NCBI GenBank assembly: GCA_009692205.1
Contig: SHZR01000004.1
Location: 48,635 to 112,634 of the forward strand
Origin: Gemmatimonadota bacterium
GTDB taxonomy: Bacteria; Gemmatimonadota; Gemmatimonadetes; Longimicrobiales; Gaopeijiaceae
Length of the DNA: 64,000 bases
Reading direction: 5' to 3'
Both the position numbers and the translations under genes were made by a program. Shown piece by piece: positions 8,435-17,912 of this stretch (position 1 is the stretch's first letter; each line of letters starts with the position of its first letter). The notes beneath the pieces were generated by a model. It was not told the origin of the DNA. It was given only the letters and a program-made list of their open reading frames with translations, and did not search any database.

Positions 8435-8457
8435 GGGCGGGCGCTTGCCGCCCGCCC
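8435..8457 (+). terminator. GC-rich hairpin directly after the metA stop
   Basis: GGGCGGGCG-cttgc-CGCCCGCCC (9-bp stem, 5-nt loop). No U-tract. Confidence 0.35.
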
Positions 8458-8522
8458 GTGGCCCGCCCCCTCGCCACAGCGGTAAGATCCCCCGAGTCGC
8501 ACGACCCGCCCAAGGACCGATC

Positions 8523-10766
8523 ATGCCGCGCTTTCGAACGCGTCTCGCGTCGCTCACCACCCCGCTGGTTGTCGCCCTCTTGGCGATCGCCCCGTCACCG
8601 GCCTCGGCGCAGGCCCCGTCTCTCACCTGCGACCTCTCCGCCTACACGCGACGCCCCGACGCGACCGCTCGCCTCTCGGATGGCGTGCTCGCACTCGAGT
8701 GGGCCGGGGGTGAGGGCGGGCGCGTGAGTCTCCGCCTCGCGATTCGCGAGGGCGCGCCGATCATCGACGAGTTGGCGCTGCTCGCGCCGAGGAGCTCGGA
8801 GTGGGTCACCGTGGGCGACGACCTTGGCTTCGAGTTCCGCATCGTCGAGGGATTTCGGCGTATGAGCAACCAGCAGCTCGTGCCGCTGCGCGAGCTAGAG
8901 GTGGCGCTCACGCAGGAGATCGTCGACCGCTATAAGTGGGACGTGTTCTGGGATGCTCCGCTCGACCTGCGCACCGAGGTCGGCGGCGGCAACCCGCCTC
9001 CGGCTGCGGGCGTGGCGGGGCAGCCGGGTCTTCCCCGCTCGCCCGACGAGATCCGCCGCGCCGAAGCGACGTACCGCGCGACCGGCTGCTCGGTGAAGAC
9101 CGACGGACGGCGGATGAGCGTGACGTTTCCCGGCATGACGCTCGGATCGTTCGCGGGGGACCTCGTGCTGAGCGTGCACGAGGGCACCAACCTCCTTCGG
9201 GTCGAGGCGGTCGCGTCGACGAGCCTGCCGTCGGTGGCGTACAAGTACGACGTCGGGCTCACGGGCCTCGACCTCGATGCGGGTGGCCGAGTCCACTGGC
9301 GGGACATCGCGTCGCAGATGCAGTCGTATGGGCTGAGCGGTCCGGCCAACGTCGACCCCGTGGCGGTCCGTGCGGCCAACCGCGTGGTAGTCGCGGAGAC
9401 GCGCGGTGGGGCGATCGCCGCGTTCCCTCCGCCGCACACGTTCTTCTGGGCGCGCGAGATCGAGACGAACGTCGGCTACAACTGGTACCGGAAGGACGAC
9501 GACGGATCGTTCAGCATCGGCATCCGTCAGGGCGAGCAGGAGGTGGTCGAGCAGTACCTCGCCAACTGGTCGCTCTACAGCGCGCCCCCGGGCACCGAGC
9601 AGCACATGGCCGCGTACTTCTACCCGGCGCTCGGCGAGCCTGAGCGGGCGTTCGACGCCGCGCTCGCGTTCACGAACGGGGACGTGTACCGGCCGCTCGC
9701 GGGCTATCAGGTGATGGGGAGCCACTATCACACGGACATGGGCCGCTCGCTGATGGCCACCGGCAGCATGGACTCCAGGCTCTCGGACTTCGAGGTCCTC
9801 CGTTCGGCGGGCATCAACATCGCGGGACCCGTGGATCGGCCGCGCGAGGCGACGCAGCTCGAGGAGCAGCGCTGGCTCTTCGCCGGAGCGGAGCGCCACT
9901 CGGACGACACGTTCATGGTCATGCCGCAGATGGAGAACAGCACGCTCCTCGGCGGACACTGGGACCTGCTGTTCTCTCACCCAGTCCACTATGTGGACGG
10001 GCGCGCGCCCGGCACCCCGCTCGTGACGCAGCACCCCGAGTACGGCAGGGTCTACAACATCGGCAGCGTGGCCGAGATGATGGCGATGATCGAGGCCGAG
10101 GACATGCTGGTCTACATGCCTCACCCGCGCACGAAGGGCTCCACCGGCTATCCGGACGCGATCCGTGAGTCGCCCCAGTTCCTGAGCGATCGCTATCGCG
10201 GCGTGGGGTGGCGTTGGGGGATGGGCTCCGATCTCTCCGAGACGCGGCTCTCGGACAAGCGCGTCATCCCACTCCTCGACGACATGAACAACTGGCTCGC
10301 GCGGACGTCGCTCCGGCCGAAGGCGCTGCTCGCGATCACGGAGACGTACGCGAAGCAGCCGGGCGACGACATCTACGCGAACGGACCCGTGACCTACCTG
10401 CGCATCGGCGCGCTGCCGGAGCCGGGCAACTACGCGCCGATCGTCGATGCGCTCGAGCGCGGCGACTACTTCGTCACGTCGGGTGAGGTCCTCATCCCCT
10501 CGCATCGCTTCGAGGGGAGTGGGGCCGACATGCGCGTCGTGGCCGAGGTGCAGTGGACGTTTCCGCTCGACTTCGTCGAGGTGGTGTACGGAGACGGCGT
10601 CCGCACGACCACGCGGACGATGTCCGCGACCGACCTGCCGGCGTTCGGGCGCGAGACGTTCACGGTGCCGTTCGACGCGACCGGTCAGGCCTGGGTGCGG
10701 TTCGCGGCGTGGGACTCGGCCGGGAACGGGGCCATGACCATGCCGATCCGGTTGGGGGGCGAGTAG
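8523..10766 (+). CDS. Exported hypothetical protein, 747 aa (C-terminal half possibly a His-rich metal-dependent hydrolase fold)
   Basis: The ATG at 8523 gives MPRFRTRLASLTTPLVVALLAIAPSPASAQ. Normal composition, whereas the antisense ORF 8895-10505 is Arg-rich. Motifs GSHYHTDMG, GGHWDLLFSHP and MPHPRTKGSTGYPD are seen. No family assignment is made. Confidence 0.7.
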   Translation: MPRFRTRLASLTTPLVVALLAIAPSPASAQAPSLTCDLSAYTRRPDATARLSDGVLALEWAGGEGGRVSLRLAIREGAPIIDELALLAPRSSEWVTVGDDLGFEFRIVEGFRRMSNQQLVPLRELEVALTQEIVDRYKWDVFWDAPLDLRTEVGGGNPPPAAGVAGQPGLPRSPDEIRRAEATYRATGCSVKTDGRRMSVTFPGMTLGSFAGDLVLSVHEGTNLLRVEAVASTSLPSVAYKYDVGLTGLDLDAGGRVHWRDIASQMQSYGLSGPANVDPVAVRAANRVVVAETRGGAIAAFPPPHTFFWAREIETNVGYNWYRKDDDGSFSIGIRQGEQEVVEQYLANWSLYSAPPGTEQHMAAYFYPALGEPERAFDAALAFTNGDVYRPLAGYQVMGSHYHTDMGRSLMATGSMDSRLSDFEVLRSAGINIAGPVDRPREATQLEEQRWLFAGAERHSDDTFMVMPQMENSTLLGGHWDLLFSHPVHYVDGRAPGTPLVTQHPEYGRVYNIGSVAEMMAMIEAEDMLVYMPHPRTKGSTGYPDAIRESPQFLSDRYRGVGWRWGMGSDLSETRLSDKRVIPLLDDMNNWLARTSLRPKALLAITETYAKQPGDDIYANGPVTYLRIGALPEPGNYAPIVDALERGDYFVTSGEVLIPSHRFEGSGADMRVVAEVQWTFPLDFVEVVYGDGVRTTTRTMSATDLPAFGRETFTVPFDATGQAWVRFAAWDSAGNGAMTMPIRLGGE

Positions 10767-10768
10767 CC

Positions 10769-12046
10769 ATGTCCGTCGAACTGGTGTCGATCCTGGTGCT
10801 CTGTGGCGTCTTTCTGCTCGCCACCATGTCTTCGATTCACATGGGCGCCCTCGCCATCGCGGCGGCGTTCGTCTTCGGCATGTTCGTGCTGCCGGGCGAT
10901 TCCGGCGCGAAGGTGGACCAGATCGTCGGGGGCTTCCCGGGTGGTTTGTTCTTCGTGCTCGCCGGCGTCACGTACCTGTTCGCCATCGCCAAGAACAACG
11001 GCACCGTCGACTGGATGGTTCACGCAGCGATGCGGTCGGTCCGCGGTCGAGTCGGACTGATGCCCTGGGTCATGTTCTTCGTGGCCGCGGCGCTCGCCGG
11101 CGTGGGTGCGGCGACCCCGGCCGCGGTTGCGATGATCGCGCCGATCGGCATCGCGTTCGCGCTACGTCACCGGATCAGCCCAGTGCTCGTGGGTTTGATG
11201 ATCGTCAACGGCGCGAGCGCCGGAGGTTTCTCGCCGATCGGCATTTTCGGCTCCATCACCAACAACGTCATCGAGCGGAACGGCCTCGAGTCCAGCCCGG
11301 CCACGCTGTTCCTGGTCGTGATGGCATTCAACGTGCTGGTCGCGGGGGTCCTCGTGTTCGTGTTCGGTAGAGGAGTCCCGTCGACCGAGCAGGTGGCCAC
11401 GACGCCCGAGGCGAGCGCGCTTCCGCCCGACGATGCCGCCGCACCCGTGCTCGACGTGAACCGCGCGCTCACCGTCGGGGGCCTGCTGGCGCTGGCGATC
11501 GGCGCGCTGTTCTTCGGCCTCGACGTCGGTTTGTCCGCATTCGTGCTCGCGGTGTTTCTGTCCGCCGTTCACCCCGCGGGCGCCAAGGGCGCGGTCGACC
11601 AGATCGCGTGGTCCACCGTCCTGCTCGTTTGCGGGATCGTCACCTACGTCAGCTTGATGGAGAGCCTCGGCACCATCGACTACCTCGGCAACGTGGTGGC
11701 GGGCATCAGCGTGGTCCTCGTCGGGGCGCTCGCCATCTGCTACATCGCTGGCGTCGTCTCGGCCTTCGCCTCGACCACGGGTATTCTCGGCGCTCTCATC
11801 CCACTCGCGGTGCCGTTCTTGGAACGCCAGGAGATCAGCGCCATCGGACTGGTCGCGGCGCTCGCCATCTCGGCCTCCATCGTCGACTCGAGCCCGTTTT
11901 CGACGAGCGGCTCGCTGGTCGTGGCAAACGCGCCGCCGGAGCTGCGCGACCTGATGTACCGGCGCCTGTTGCAGTGGGGCTTCTCCATGGTCGCACTCGC
12001 GCCGCTCGCCGCGTGGCTCGTCCTGGTGGTGCCGGGTTGGCTATGA
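10769..12046 (+). CDS. Polytopic membrane transporter, MatC-like dicarboxylate carrier / ion-transporter superfamily
   Basis: The ATG at 10769 lies 2 nt after the upstream stop. MSVELVSILVLCGVFLLATM... is hydrophobic throughout. The resemblance to MatC-type carriers is from memory. The ORF-track start at 10553 overlaps the previous gene. Confidence 0.7.
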   Translation: MSVELVSILVLCGVFLLATMSSIHMGALAIAAAFVFGMFVLPGDSGAKVDQIVGGFPGGLFFVLAGVTYLFAIAKNNGTVDWMVHAAMRSVRGRVGLMPWVMFFVAAALAGVGAATPAAVAMIAPIGIAFALRHRISPVLVGLMIVNGASAGGFSPIGIFGSITNNVIERNGLESSPATLFLVVMAFNVLVAGVLVFVFGRGVPSTEQVATTPEASALPPDDAAAPVLDVNRALTVGGLLALAIGALFFGLDVGLSAFVLAVFLSAVHPAGAKGAVDQIAWSTVLLVCGIVTYVSLMESLGTIDYLGNVVAGISVVLVGALAICYIAGVVSAFASTTGILGALIPLAVPFLERQEISAIGLVAALAISASIVDSSPFSTSGSLVVANAPPELRDLMYRRLLQWGFSMVALAPLAAWLVLVVPGWL

Positions 12047-13233
12047 CCGCCCTCGAGGGCATACGCGTGCTCGAGGTCGGGGTCTTCATGGCCGCGCCGT
12101 TCGCGAGTATGCAGCTCGCAGACCTCGGCGCAGACGTGATCAAAGTCGAGAGCCTCGACGGGGAGCCCATGCGCGCGTCGGGGCCCTTCGTTTCCGGCGA
12201 GAGCTCACCGTATATGCGCCTGAATCGCTCGAAGCGTTCTGTTGCGCTCGATCTCAAGGCACAGGAGGGCAAGCGAGCGTTCCTGCGCCTCGCCTCGAGA
12301 GCGGACGTCGTCGTCGAGAACCTCCGCCCCGGCGCGATGCGCGCGCTCGGGTTGTCGTACGAGGACCTCCGTGCTGCGAACCCGCGCGTCGTCTACGCGT
12401 CGGCGTCGGGATTCGGCCAGGACGGACCGCTCGCCGATCGGCCCGGGCTCGACATCATGGCCCAGGCCCGTGGCGGCCTGATGAGCATCACGGGCGCGCC
12501 CGGAGGGCCGCCGGCGAAGGTCGGCGTGCCCATCTGCGATCTCGTCTGTGGCCTCTACATGGCGCTCGGAATCGTAGCGGCGCTGCGCGAGCGGGATCGC
12601 AGCGGTGCAGGGCAGTACCTCGACGTCTCGCTGCTCGAGTCCGCCGTCTCGCTCGCCGTGTGGGAGGCGGGCCGCTTCTTCGGGACCGGTGAGGTCGGCC
12701 GGCCGCTCGGCTCGGCCCACCAGGGCGAGGCGCCGTACCAGGCGGTCCGCACCGCCGATGGTTGGCTCACGCTCGGTGCGGTCACGCCGAAGACGTGGGC
12801 GGCGCTGTGCGCGGCGTTCGGCCTCGCGAGCCTGCGAGACGATGCGCGGTTCGCGAGCTCATCGCTGCGACACGCTCACCGTGATGAGCTGATCCCACTC
12901 GTCGAGGAAACCAGCATGACACTGACGACTGCCGAGGCGATCGAGCGGCTGGAGCAGGTCGGCGTCCCGTGCGCCCCGATTGCGGATTACGGCGAGGTGT
13001 TCAACGACGCGCACCTCGCAGAGCGCGATTTCTTCTGGGATGCGCCGCACCCGGTCGCCGGTGCGGTCCGGCAGATCGGCTCGCCGCTGCGCCTCTCCCG
13101 CACTCCGCCGCGGCGCGGTGCGGCCGGGCCGATGCTCGGTGCCGATACGCGCGAGGTGCTCCGCGAGGTCGGCTATACGGACGACGAGGTCGATGCACTC
13201 GTCGCAGCGCGGGCAGCGGCGGTGATCCCATGA
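12043..13233 (+). CDS. Family III CoA-transferase (CaiB/BaiF)
   Basis: ATGA overlap with the transporter gene. MTALEGIRVLEVGVFMAAPFASMQLADLGADVIKVE...VVENLRPGAM...GLDIMAQARGGLMSITG is the family signature. Confidence 0.85.
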   Translation: MTALEGIRVLEVGVFMAAPFASMQLADLGADVIKVESLDGEPMRASGPFVSGESSPYMRLNRSKRSVALDLKAQEGKRAFLRLASRADVVVENLRPGAMRALGLSYEDLRAANPRVVYASASGFGQDGPLADRPGLDIMAQARGGLMSITGAPGGPPAKVGVPICDLVCGLYMALGIVAALRERDRSGAGQYLDVSLLESAVSLAVWEAGRFFGTGEVGRPLGSAHQGEAPYQAVRTADGWLTLGAVTPKTWAALCAAFGLASLRDDARFASSSLRHAHRDELIPLVEETSMTLTTAEAIERLEQVGVPCAPIADYGEVFNDAHLAERDFFWDAPHPVAGAVRQIGSPLRLSRTPPRRGAAGPMLGADTREVLREVGYTDDEVDALVAARAAAVIP

Positions 13234-14012
13234 GCGAGAACCTGCGCGTCGACCGCAACGGGGCCGTGCTGACCGTGACGTTCGACCGACCGACCCAGCA
13301 CAACGCCATGACGCTCGACATGTGGGAGGGGCTGCATGCGGCTTGCGAGACGGCCGATGGCGACGCGGGCGTGAAGGTGCTGGTGTTGCGCGGTGCGGGT
13401 GGGCGGGCGTTCGTGTCGGGCACCGACATCACGACGTTTCGCGACGTCCACGACGGCTCCGACGGAATCGCGTACGAGCGGCGGATCGCGCGCGTGCTGA
13501 ATCGGCTCGAGGACGTCCGTGTCCCGACGGTAGCCGCGGTCAGCGGTTACTGCGTCGGAGGTGGGCTTGCGATCGCGGCGGTGTGCGATCTGCGCGTGGC
13601 CACCTTATCCAGCCGGTTCGGGGTTCCTATTGCGCGGACGCTCGGCAATTGCTTGTCGATGAACACCATGTCGATACTCGTGGCGCAGCTCGGCCCGGCG
13701 AGGGCGTTGGATCTCCTGCTGCGCGCTCGGTTGCTGGAGGGCGTCGAGGCGCACGCGGCGGGCTTCGTAGCCGAGCTTTGCGATGACGACGCGTTGGATC
13801 GCACGCTCGGGGGCGTGCTCGACACACTCCAGAGCCATGCGCCTCTTACGATGTGGGCAAGCAAGGTCGCCGTCGCGCGGCTGCGGCGCGCCACCCTGCC
13901 CGACGCGGACGACCTCGTCGCCCGAGTGTTCGGAAGCGAGGACTTCCGACGCGCGGTCGCGTCTTTTGGTTCGAGCGGGGGGCGGAAGCCCCCAACATGG
14001 ACGGGAGAGTGA
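13230..14012 (+). CDS. Enoyl-CoA hydratase/isomerase (crotonase) family protein
   Basis: ATGA overlap with the CoA-transferase gene. LTVTFDRPTQHNAMT...VLVLRGAGGRAFVSGTDI...AAVSGYCVGGGLAIAAVCDLRVA. Confidence 0.85.
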   Translation: MSENLRVDRNGAVLTVTFDRPTQHNAMTLDMWEGLHAACETADGDAGVKVLVLRGAGGRAFVSGTDITTFRDVHDGSDGIAYERRIARVLNRLEDVRVPTVAAVSGYCVGGGLAIAAVCDLRVATLSSRFGVPIARTLGNCLSMNTMSILVAQLGPARALDLLLRARLLEGVEAHAAGFVAELCDDDALDRTLGGVLDTLQSHAPLTMWASKVAVARLRRATLPDADDLVARVFGSEDFRRAVASFGSSGGRKPPTWTGE

Positions 14013-14096
14013 TCTCCGACCGACGCCTCGTACTTGACACCTGACCCTCTCGGGCGGTAGCACCAAGCAGGCGGAACAACATCGCAGGAGGGGGCC

Positions 14097-14705
14097 ATGC
14101 GCAACGAAGGGAAATCTCGGCGTTCGTTCCTCACCAAGTCGGCGACCGGCCTGGGCGGGGCCTGGATCCTCACCAACTACCCCGCGATTCTCGCCGCCCA
14201 GGAGCATGTGCTCGCGGCAGAGGAGTCGCAGCAGCTCCAGTTCGCCTTCTTCACGCCTGAGCAGGCGGTCGAGGTCGAGGCGATGGCGGCCCAGATCATT
14301 CCGACCGACGAGACCCCGGGCGCACGCGAGGCCCGTGTCGTCCACTTCATCGATCGCGCGCTCGTGACCTTCGAGCGTGACCGGCAGGAGGATTACACGC
14401 AGGGGCTCGCCGACCTGGAGGCGGAGACGAGAAGCCGCTTCCCGAGCGCTCGCAGGTTCTCACAGCTCACGTTCGACCAGCAGATCGAGTTGCTCACGGC
14501 GATCGAGCAGGGTCCGTTCTTCAACCTGGTCCGTACACACACCATAACGGGCTTCTTCGCCCACCCCGTCCACGGCGGCAATCACAGCAACGTGGGCTGG
14601 GAGCTGATCGGATACGACAACTCCCTTCAGCATGAGGCGCCGTTCGGGTACTACGATGCCCTACCCCAGGCCGCGGTCAGGCTCGGCGCCGGAGGCCAGC
14701 AATGA
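14097..14705 (+). CDS. TAT-exported small subunit, gluconate 2-dehydrogenase subunit-3 family
   Basis: AGGAGGGGG lies before the ATG. Twin-arginine motif SRRSFLTKSATGLGGAWIL. ATGA overlap with the downstream GMC oxidoreductase gene. Confidence 0.8.
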   Translation: MRNEGKSRRSFLTKSATGLGGAWILTNYPAILAAQEHVLAAEESQQLQFAFFTPEQAVEVEAMAAQIIPTDETPGAREARVVHFIDRALVTFERDRQEDYTQGLADLEAETRSRFPSARRFSQLTFDQQIELLTAIEQGPFFNLVRTHTITGFFAHPVHGGNHSNVGWELIGYDNSLQHEAPFGYYDALPQAAVRLGAGGQQ

Positions 14706-16360
14706 AAACCTTCCGACCGCAGGAACAGGTCGACTTCGTCGTCATCGGCTCCGGCGCCGCCGGCGGCATCATGGCCAAGCAGCTCTCGACCGCCGGCTTC
14801 TCGGTCGTGGTCCTCGAGCAGGGGGGCTGGGGGAAGTACGGGCACGAGCGCGACTACACGAAGGACGAGCTGCTCAGTGAGCATCCGGCTCAGGCAGACC
14901 GGCTGATGAGCAACCCGGACCTCCAGCCGAACACCTTCCGCAGGAACGCCAGCCAAGACGCCGGACCGGGCGTGCACTCGTACGGGTGCGTCGTGGGCGG
15001 GGGCACCGTCACCTATGGTGGGAGCAGCTGGCGGCATCTGCCCTGGGAGTTCAACGAGGCTAGCACCGTCGGCTCGATTGCCGGGACGGGGCTCGCCGAT
15101 TGGCCGATCACGTACGAGGAGCTCGCGCCCTACTACACGCAGGCGGAGTGGGAGATGGGCATCTCCGGGCTGCGCGTGGACTCGCCGTTCGTCGCGCCGA
15201 TGACGAGGGAGTACCCGGTCCCGCCGGTGCCGCTCAAGTCGTCGGGTGCGCTTCTCAAGGTCGCGGCCGCGAACCTCGGCCTGACCGTCGTTCCGGGTCC
15301 GCTCGCGATCATCACCGAGCCCTATATGGGTCGCCCCGGGTGCGTGAACTGCGGGATGTGCTCGGACTTCGGATGCCATGTGCGCGCGCGTTCGAGCTCC
15401 GCGGTCACCGTGCTGCCGATCGCCGTCGAGACGGGTCGCTGCGAGATCCGTCCGAACAGCTACGTCCACGAGATCCGCGTCAACGACGCTGGCAGGGTCA
15501 CCGGCGCGGTGTACTTCGATGCCCTGGGTCAGCAGGTCTTCCAGGCGGCCCGCGCGGTGGTGCTGTCCGCGAACGCGAGCGAATCGGCGCGTCTACTGCT
15601 GTTGTCGGCATCCAACCGCTTCCCGAACGGTCTCGCGAACTCGAGCGGCGTGGTCGGCAAGTATCTCATGCTGGGCAACGGCGCCGGTGCGAGCGCGCTC
15701 TTCGAGCATCCGCTCAACGACTACAAGGGGGTTGTCTCCGGTGCGGCAATCGTCGACTTCGTCCCGTCGGACCGCTCGCGCGGATTCTACGGCGGCGGGC
15801 GCATCACATCGCGCGGCTACTACACGCCGATCAGCCTCGGTCTCAACAGCCTGAGTCCCGGCCAGCCCCGGTGGGGCGCCGGGTACAAGCGCGCGCTCCG
15901 GGACGAGGCCCAGCATCGGATGAACCTCAACTGCTTCACCACGCAACTGCCACTCGAGACGAACCGCGTGGACCTGGATCCCGTCGTGAAGGACGCCTGG
16001 GGCCTGCCGGCCATGCGCATCACGTCGACGAGCCATCCCGACGACATCAAGAACATGGAGTTCTTCCGTCAGAAGTCGATCGAGATCCTCGAGGCGGCTG
16101 GCGCGACGAAGGTGTGGGCCGGTGCCGTGAACGACAGTCGCGGCAGTGCGCACAACCGCGGCACATGCCGCATGGGCAACGATCCGGCGACGTCGGTGGT
16201 CGACAAGTACCACCGCGCCCACGACGTGCCCAATCTCTTCGTTGTCGACGGGAGCAGTTTCGTCACGGGCGGGCGCAACCATCCGACCATGACCATTCAG
16301 GCGCTCGCGTTCCGGGCGGCGGAGAACCTGGTCCGGGCGGCCAGGGCGGGAGAAGTGTAG
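14702..16360 (+). CDS. GMC-family FAD oxidoreductase (large subunit)
   Basis: VDFVVIGSGAAGGIMAKQLSTAGFSVVVLEQG is an FAD (Rossmann) motif. C-terminal HNRGTCRMG...NLFVVDGSSF...NHPTMTIQALA. Confidence 0.85.
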   Translation: MKTFRPQEQVDFVVIGSGAAGGIMAKQLSTAGFSVVVLEQGGWGKYGHERDYTKDELLSEHPAQADRLMSNPDLQPNTFRRNASQDAGPGVHSYGCVVGGGTVTYGGSSWRHLPWEFNEASTVGSIAGTGLADWPITYEELAPYYTQAEWEMGISGLRVDSPFVAPMTREYPVPPVPLKSSGALLKVAAANLGLTVVPGPLAIITEPYMGRPGCVNCGMCSDFGCHVRARSSSAVTVLPIAVETGRCEIRPNSYVHEIRVNDAGRVTGAVYFDALGQQVFQAARAVVLSANASESARLLLLSASNRFPNGLANSSGVVGKYLMLGNGAGASALFEHPLNDYKGVVSGAAIVDFVPSDRSRGFYGGGRITSRGYYTPISLGLNSLSPGQPRWGAGYKRALRDEAQHRMNLNCFTTQLPLETNRVDLDPVVKDAWGLPAMRITSTSHPDDIKNMEFFRQKSIEILEAAGATKVWAGAVNDSRGSAHNRGTCRMGNDPATSVVDKYHRAHDVPNLFVVDGSSFVTGGRNHPTMTIQALAFRAAENLVRAARAGEV

Positions 16361-16450
16361 GGGCGTACCGCTCGGCCGGCGCGGCCGTCGTCATATAGAT
16401 GCGCCGCTCCCGTCACATATCTCGGAGCCAGGGCAAACAGCCACCTTCGG

Positions 16451-16990
16451 ATGGATGTACCCGAGCTCACGCGTGACGAGCTGGAGGCCCTGCTCGAGCG
16501 GCTCCACGAGGCCAGCTTCGGCTGGGCTCTGAGCTGCACGGAGTGGAACGACGCCGACGCCGAGGACGTCTTGCAGACGACGTACATGAAAGTGGTCTCC
16601 GGGAGGGCCCGCTTCGGCGGTCGCTCGGCGTTTCGGACGTGGCTGTTCGGCGTGATCCGCCAGACCGCGCGTGAGCATGCGCGACGCGCCCGGTCGCACC
16701 GGCAGCGCGCGGAGATGCTCGCGCGCGAGGTCCCCACGAACGTGGAGGAGAGCGCCGACGCGGGCGCCGAACGCGCGGAACGGAGTCGCCTCCTGCTCGG
16801 GGCGCTCGCGGAGCTCCCGGACAGGCAGCGGGAGGTGCTGCATCTCGTGTTCTACCAGGACCTGACGATCCGCGAAGCGGCCGAGGTGATGGACGTGTCC
16901 GTGGGCTCCGCGCGTGTGCATTATGAGCGCGGGAAGAAGAGGCTGAGATCCCTTCTCTCCGAACGCGATGTGGGCGGAGGCGACGAATGA
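16451..16990 (+). CDS. ECF-type RNA polymerase sigma factor
   Basis: Region 2 (FRTWLFGVIRQTARE) and region 4 (LPDRQREVLHLVFYQDLTIREAAEVMDVSVGSARVHYERGKKRL) are recognisable. Confidence 0.85.
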   Translation: MDVPELTRDELEALLERLHEASFGWALSCTEWNDADAEDVLQTTYMKVVSGRARFGGRSAFRTWLFGVIRQTAREHARRARSHRQRAEMLAREVPTNVEESADAGAERAERSRLLLGALAELPDRQREVLHLVFYQDLTIREAAEVMDVSVGSARVHYERGKKRLRSLLSERDVGGGDE

Positions 16991-17454
16991 CCGAGCAAAG
17001 AGTCGACGACGGCCTGAGGGACCGCTTCCAGGAGCTGCGCGCCGAGACCGTGCGGTCCGGTGGAGCGCCGGAGTTTGGCGCCCTGATGGCGCGCGCCCAA
17101 GCCGAGGCCGCGGCGCGCCCGGCGCTCGAGGTCATGGAGGGAGGTTCGACCTGGTCGCGCCGGCGCGTCGTGCGCGTGGGCGGCTGGGCATCGGCGGCGC
17201 TCGCCGCTACGGTGGCCGGCGTGTTACTCACGAACCGGGGTCCCGGCGAGGACGACGAGTTCGCGCGCCTGGTGGCCGCCTACTCCGCCGAAGCGTCAGC
17301 AGGCGTGTGGCAGTCCCCGACCTCGGGGCTACTCGAGGTGCCGGGCATCGACTTGGTGCGCTCGCTGCCGTCGATCGGTACGTCGGTGCGCGGCCTCGAT
17401 CCTTCGGCACGGCCGGAGCTGGAGACGACGCCTGGCCCGCGGGAGGACGCATGA
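16987..17454 (+). CDS. Putative anti-sigma factor (single predicted TM segment)
   Basis: ATGA overlap with the sigma gene. A hydrophobic segment WASAALAATVAGVLL lies mid-protein. The assignment is positional only. Confidence 0.55.
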   Translation: MTEQRVDDGLRDRFQELRAETVRSGGAPEFGALMARAQAEAAARPALEVMEGGSTWSRRRVVRVGGWASAALAATVAGVLLTNRGPGEDDEFARLVAAYSAEASAGVWQSPTSGLLEVPGIDLVRSLPSIGTSVRGLDPSARPELETTPGPREDA

Positions 17455-17900
17455 ACAGACTCGGGCTGACCCTGCTGCTTTCCCTGACCGCGAGCCTCAC
17501 AACCGTCTCGCCGGCGCTCGCTCAGCAGCAGCCGCAGGCGCCTGCCGTGCAGGAAGATCCGCTCTTCGACGCGCTCTTCCCGCCTGAGCTCATCATGCAG
17601 CACCGGCGAGCCGTCGGGCTCTCCGACGAGCAGCGCGACGCGATCAGCCAGATGATCCAAGAGCTCCAGGGGCGCGTGGTGCGCCTACAGTGGGACCTCC
17701 TCGACGAGATGCAGCGGCTCACCGAGCTGATGGCCGTTCCCCGCATCGACCTCGACCGCGCGCTCGATCAGTTGGACAACGTCCTCGAGACCGAGAAGCA
17801 GATCAAGCAGGCCCACCTCGAGATGCTCGCGCGCATCAAGAACCTGCTGACCCCCGAGCAGCAGGCCACGCTCGAGCGGTTGCGGAGCGCCGCCGCCTAG
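17451..17900 (+). CDS. Periplasmic Spy/CpxP-like (LTXXQ-motif) protein
   Basis: ATGA overlap with the anti-sigma gene. Signal peptide MNRLGLTLLLSLTASLTTVSPALAQ. LSDEQRDAI and LTPEQQATL repeats in a helical protein. Confidence 0.7.
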   Translation: MNRLGLTLLLSLTASLTTVSPALAQQQPQAPAVQEDPLFDALFPPELIMQHRRAVGLSDEQRDAISQMIQELQGRVVRLQWDLLDEMQRLTELMAVPRIDLDRALDQLDNVLETEKQIKQAHLEMLARIKNLLTPEQQATLERLRSAAA

Positions 17901-17912
17901 CGCTTCAGGCCG

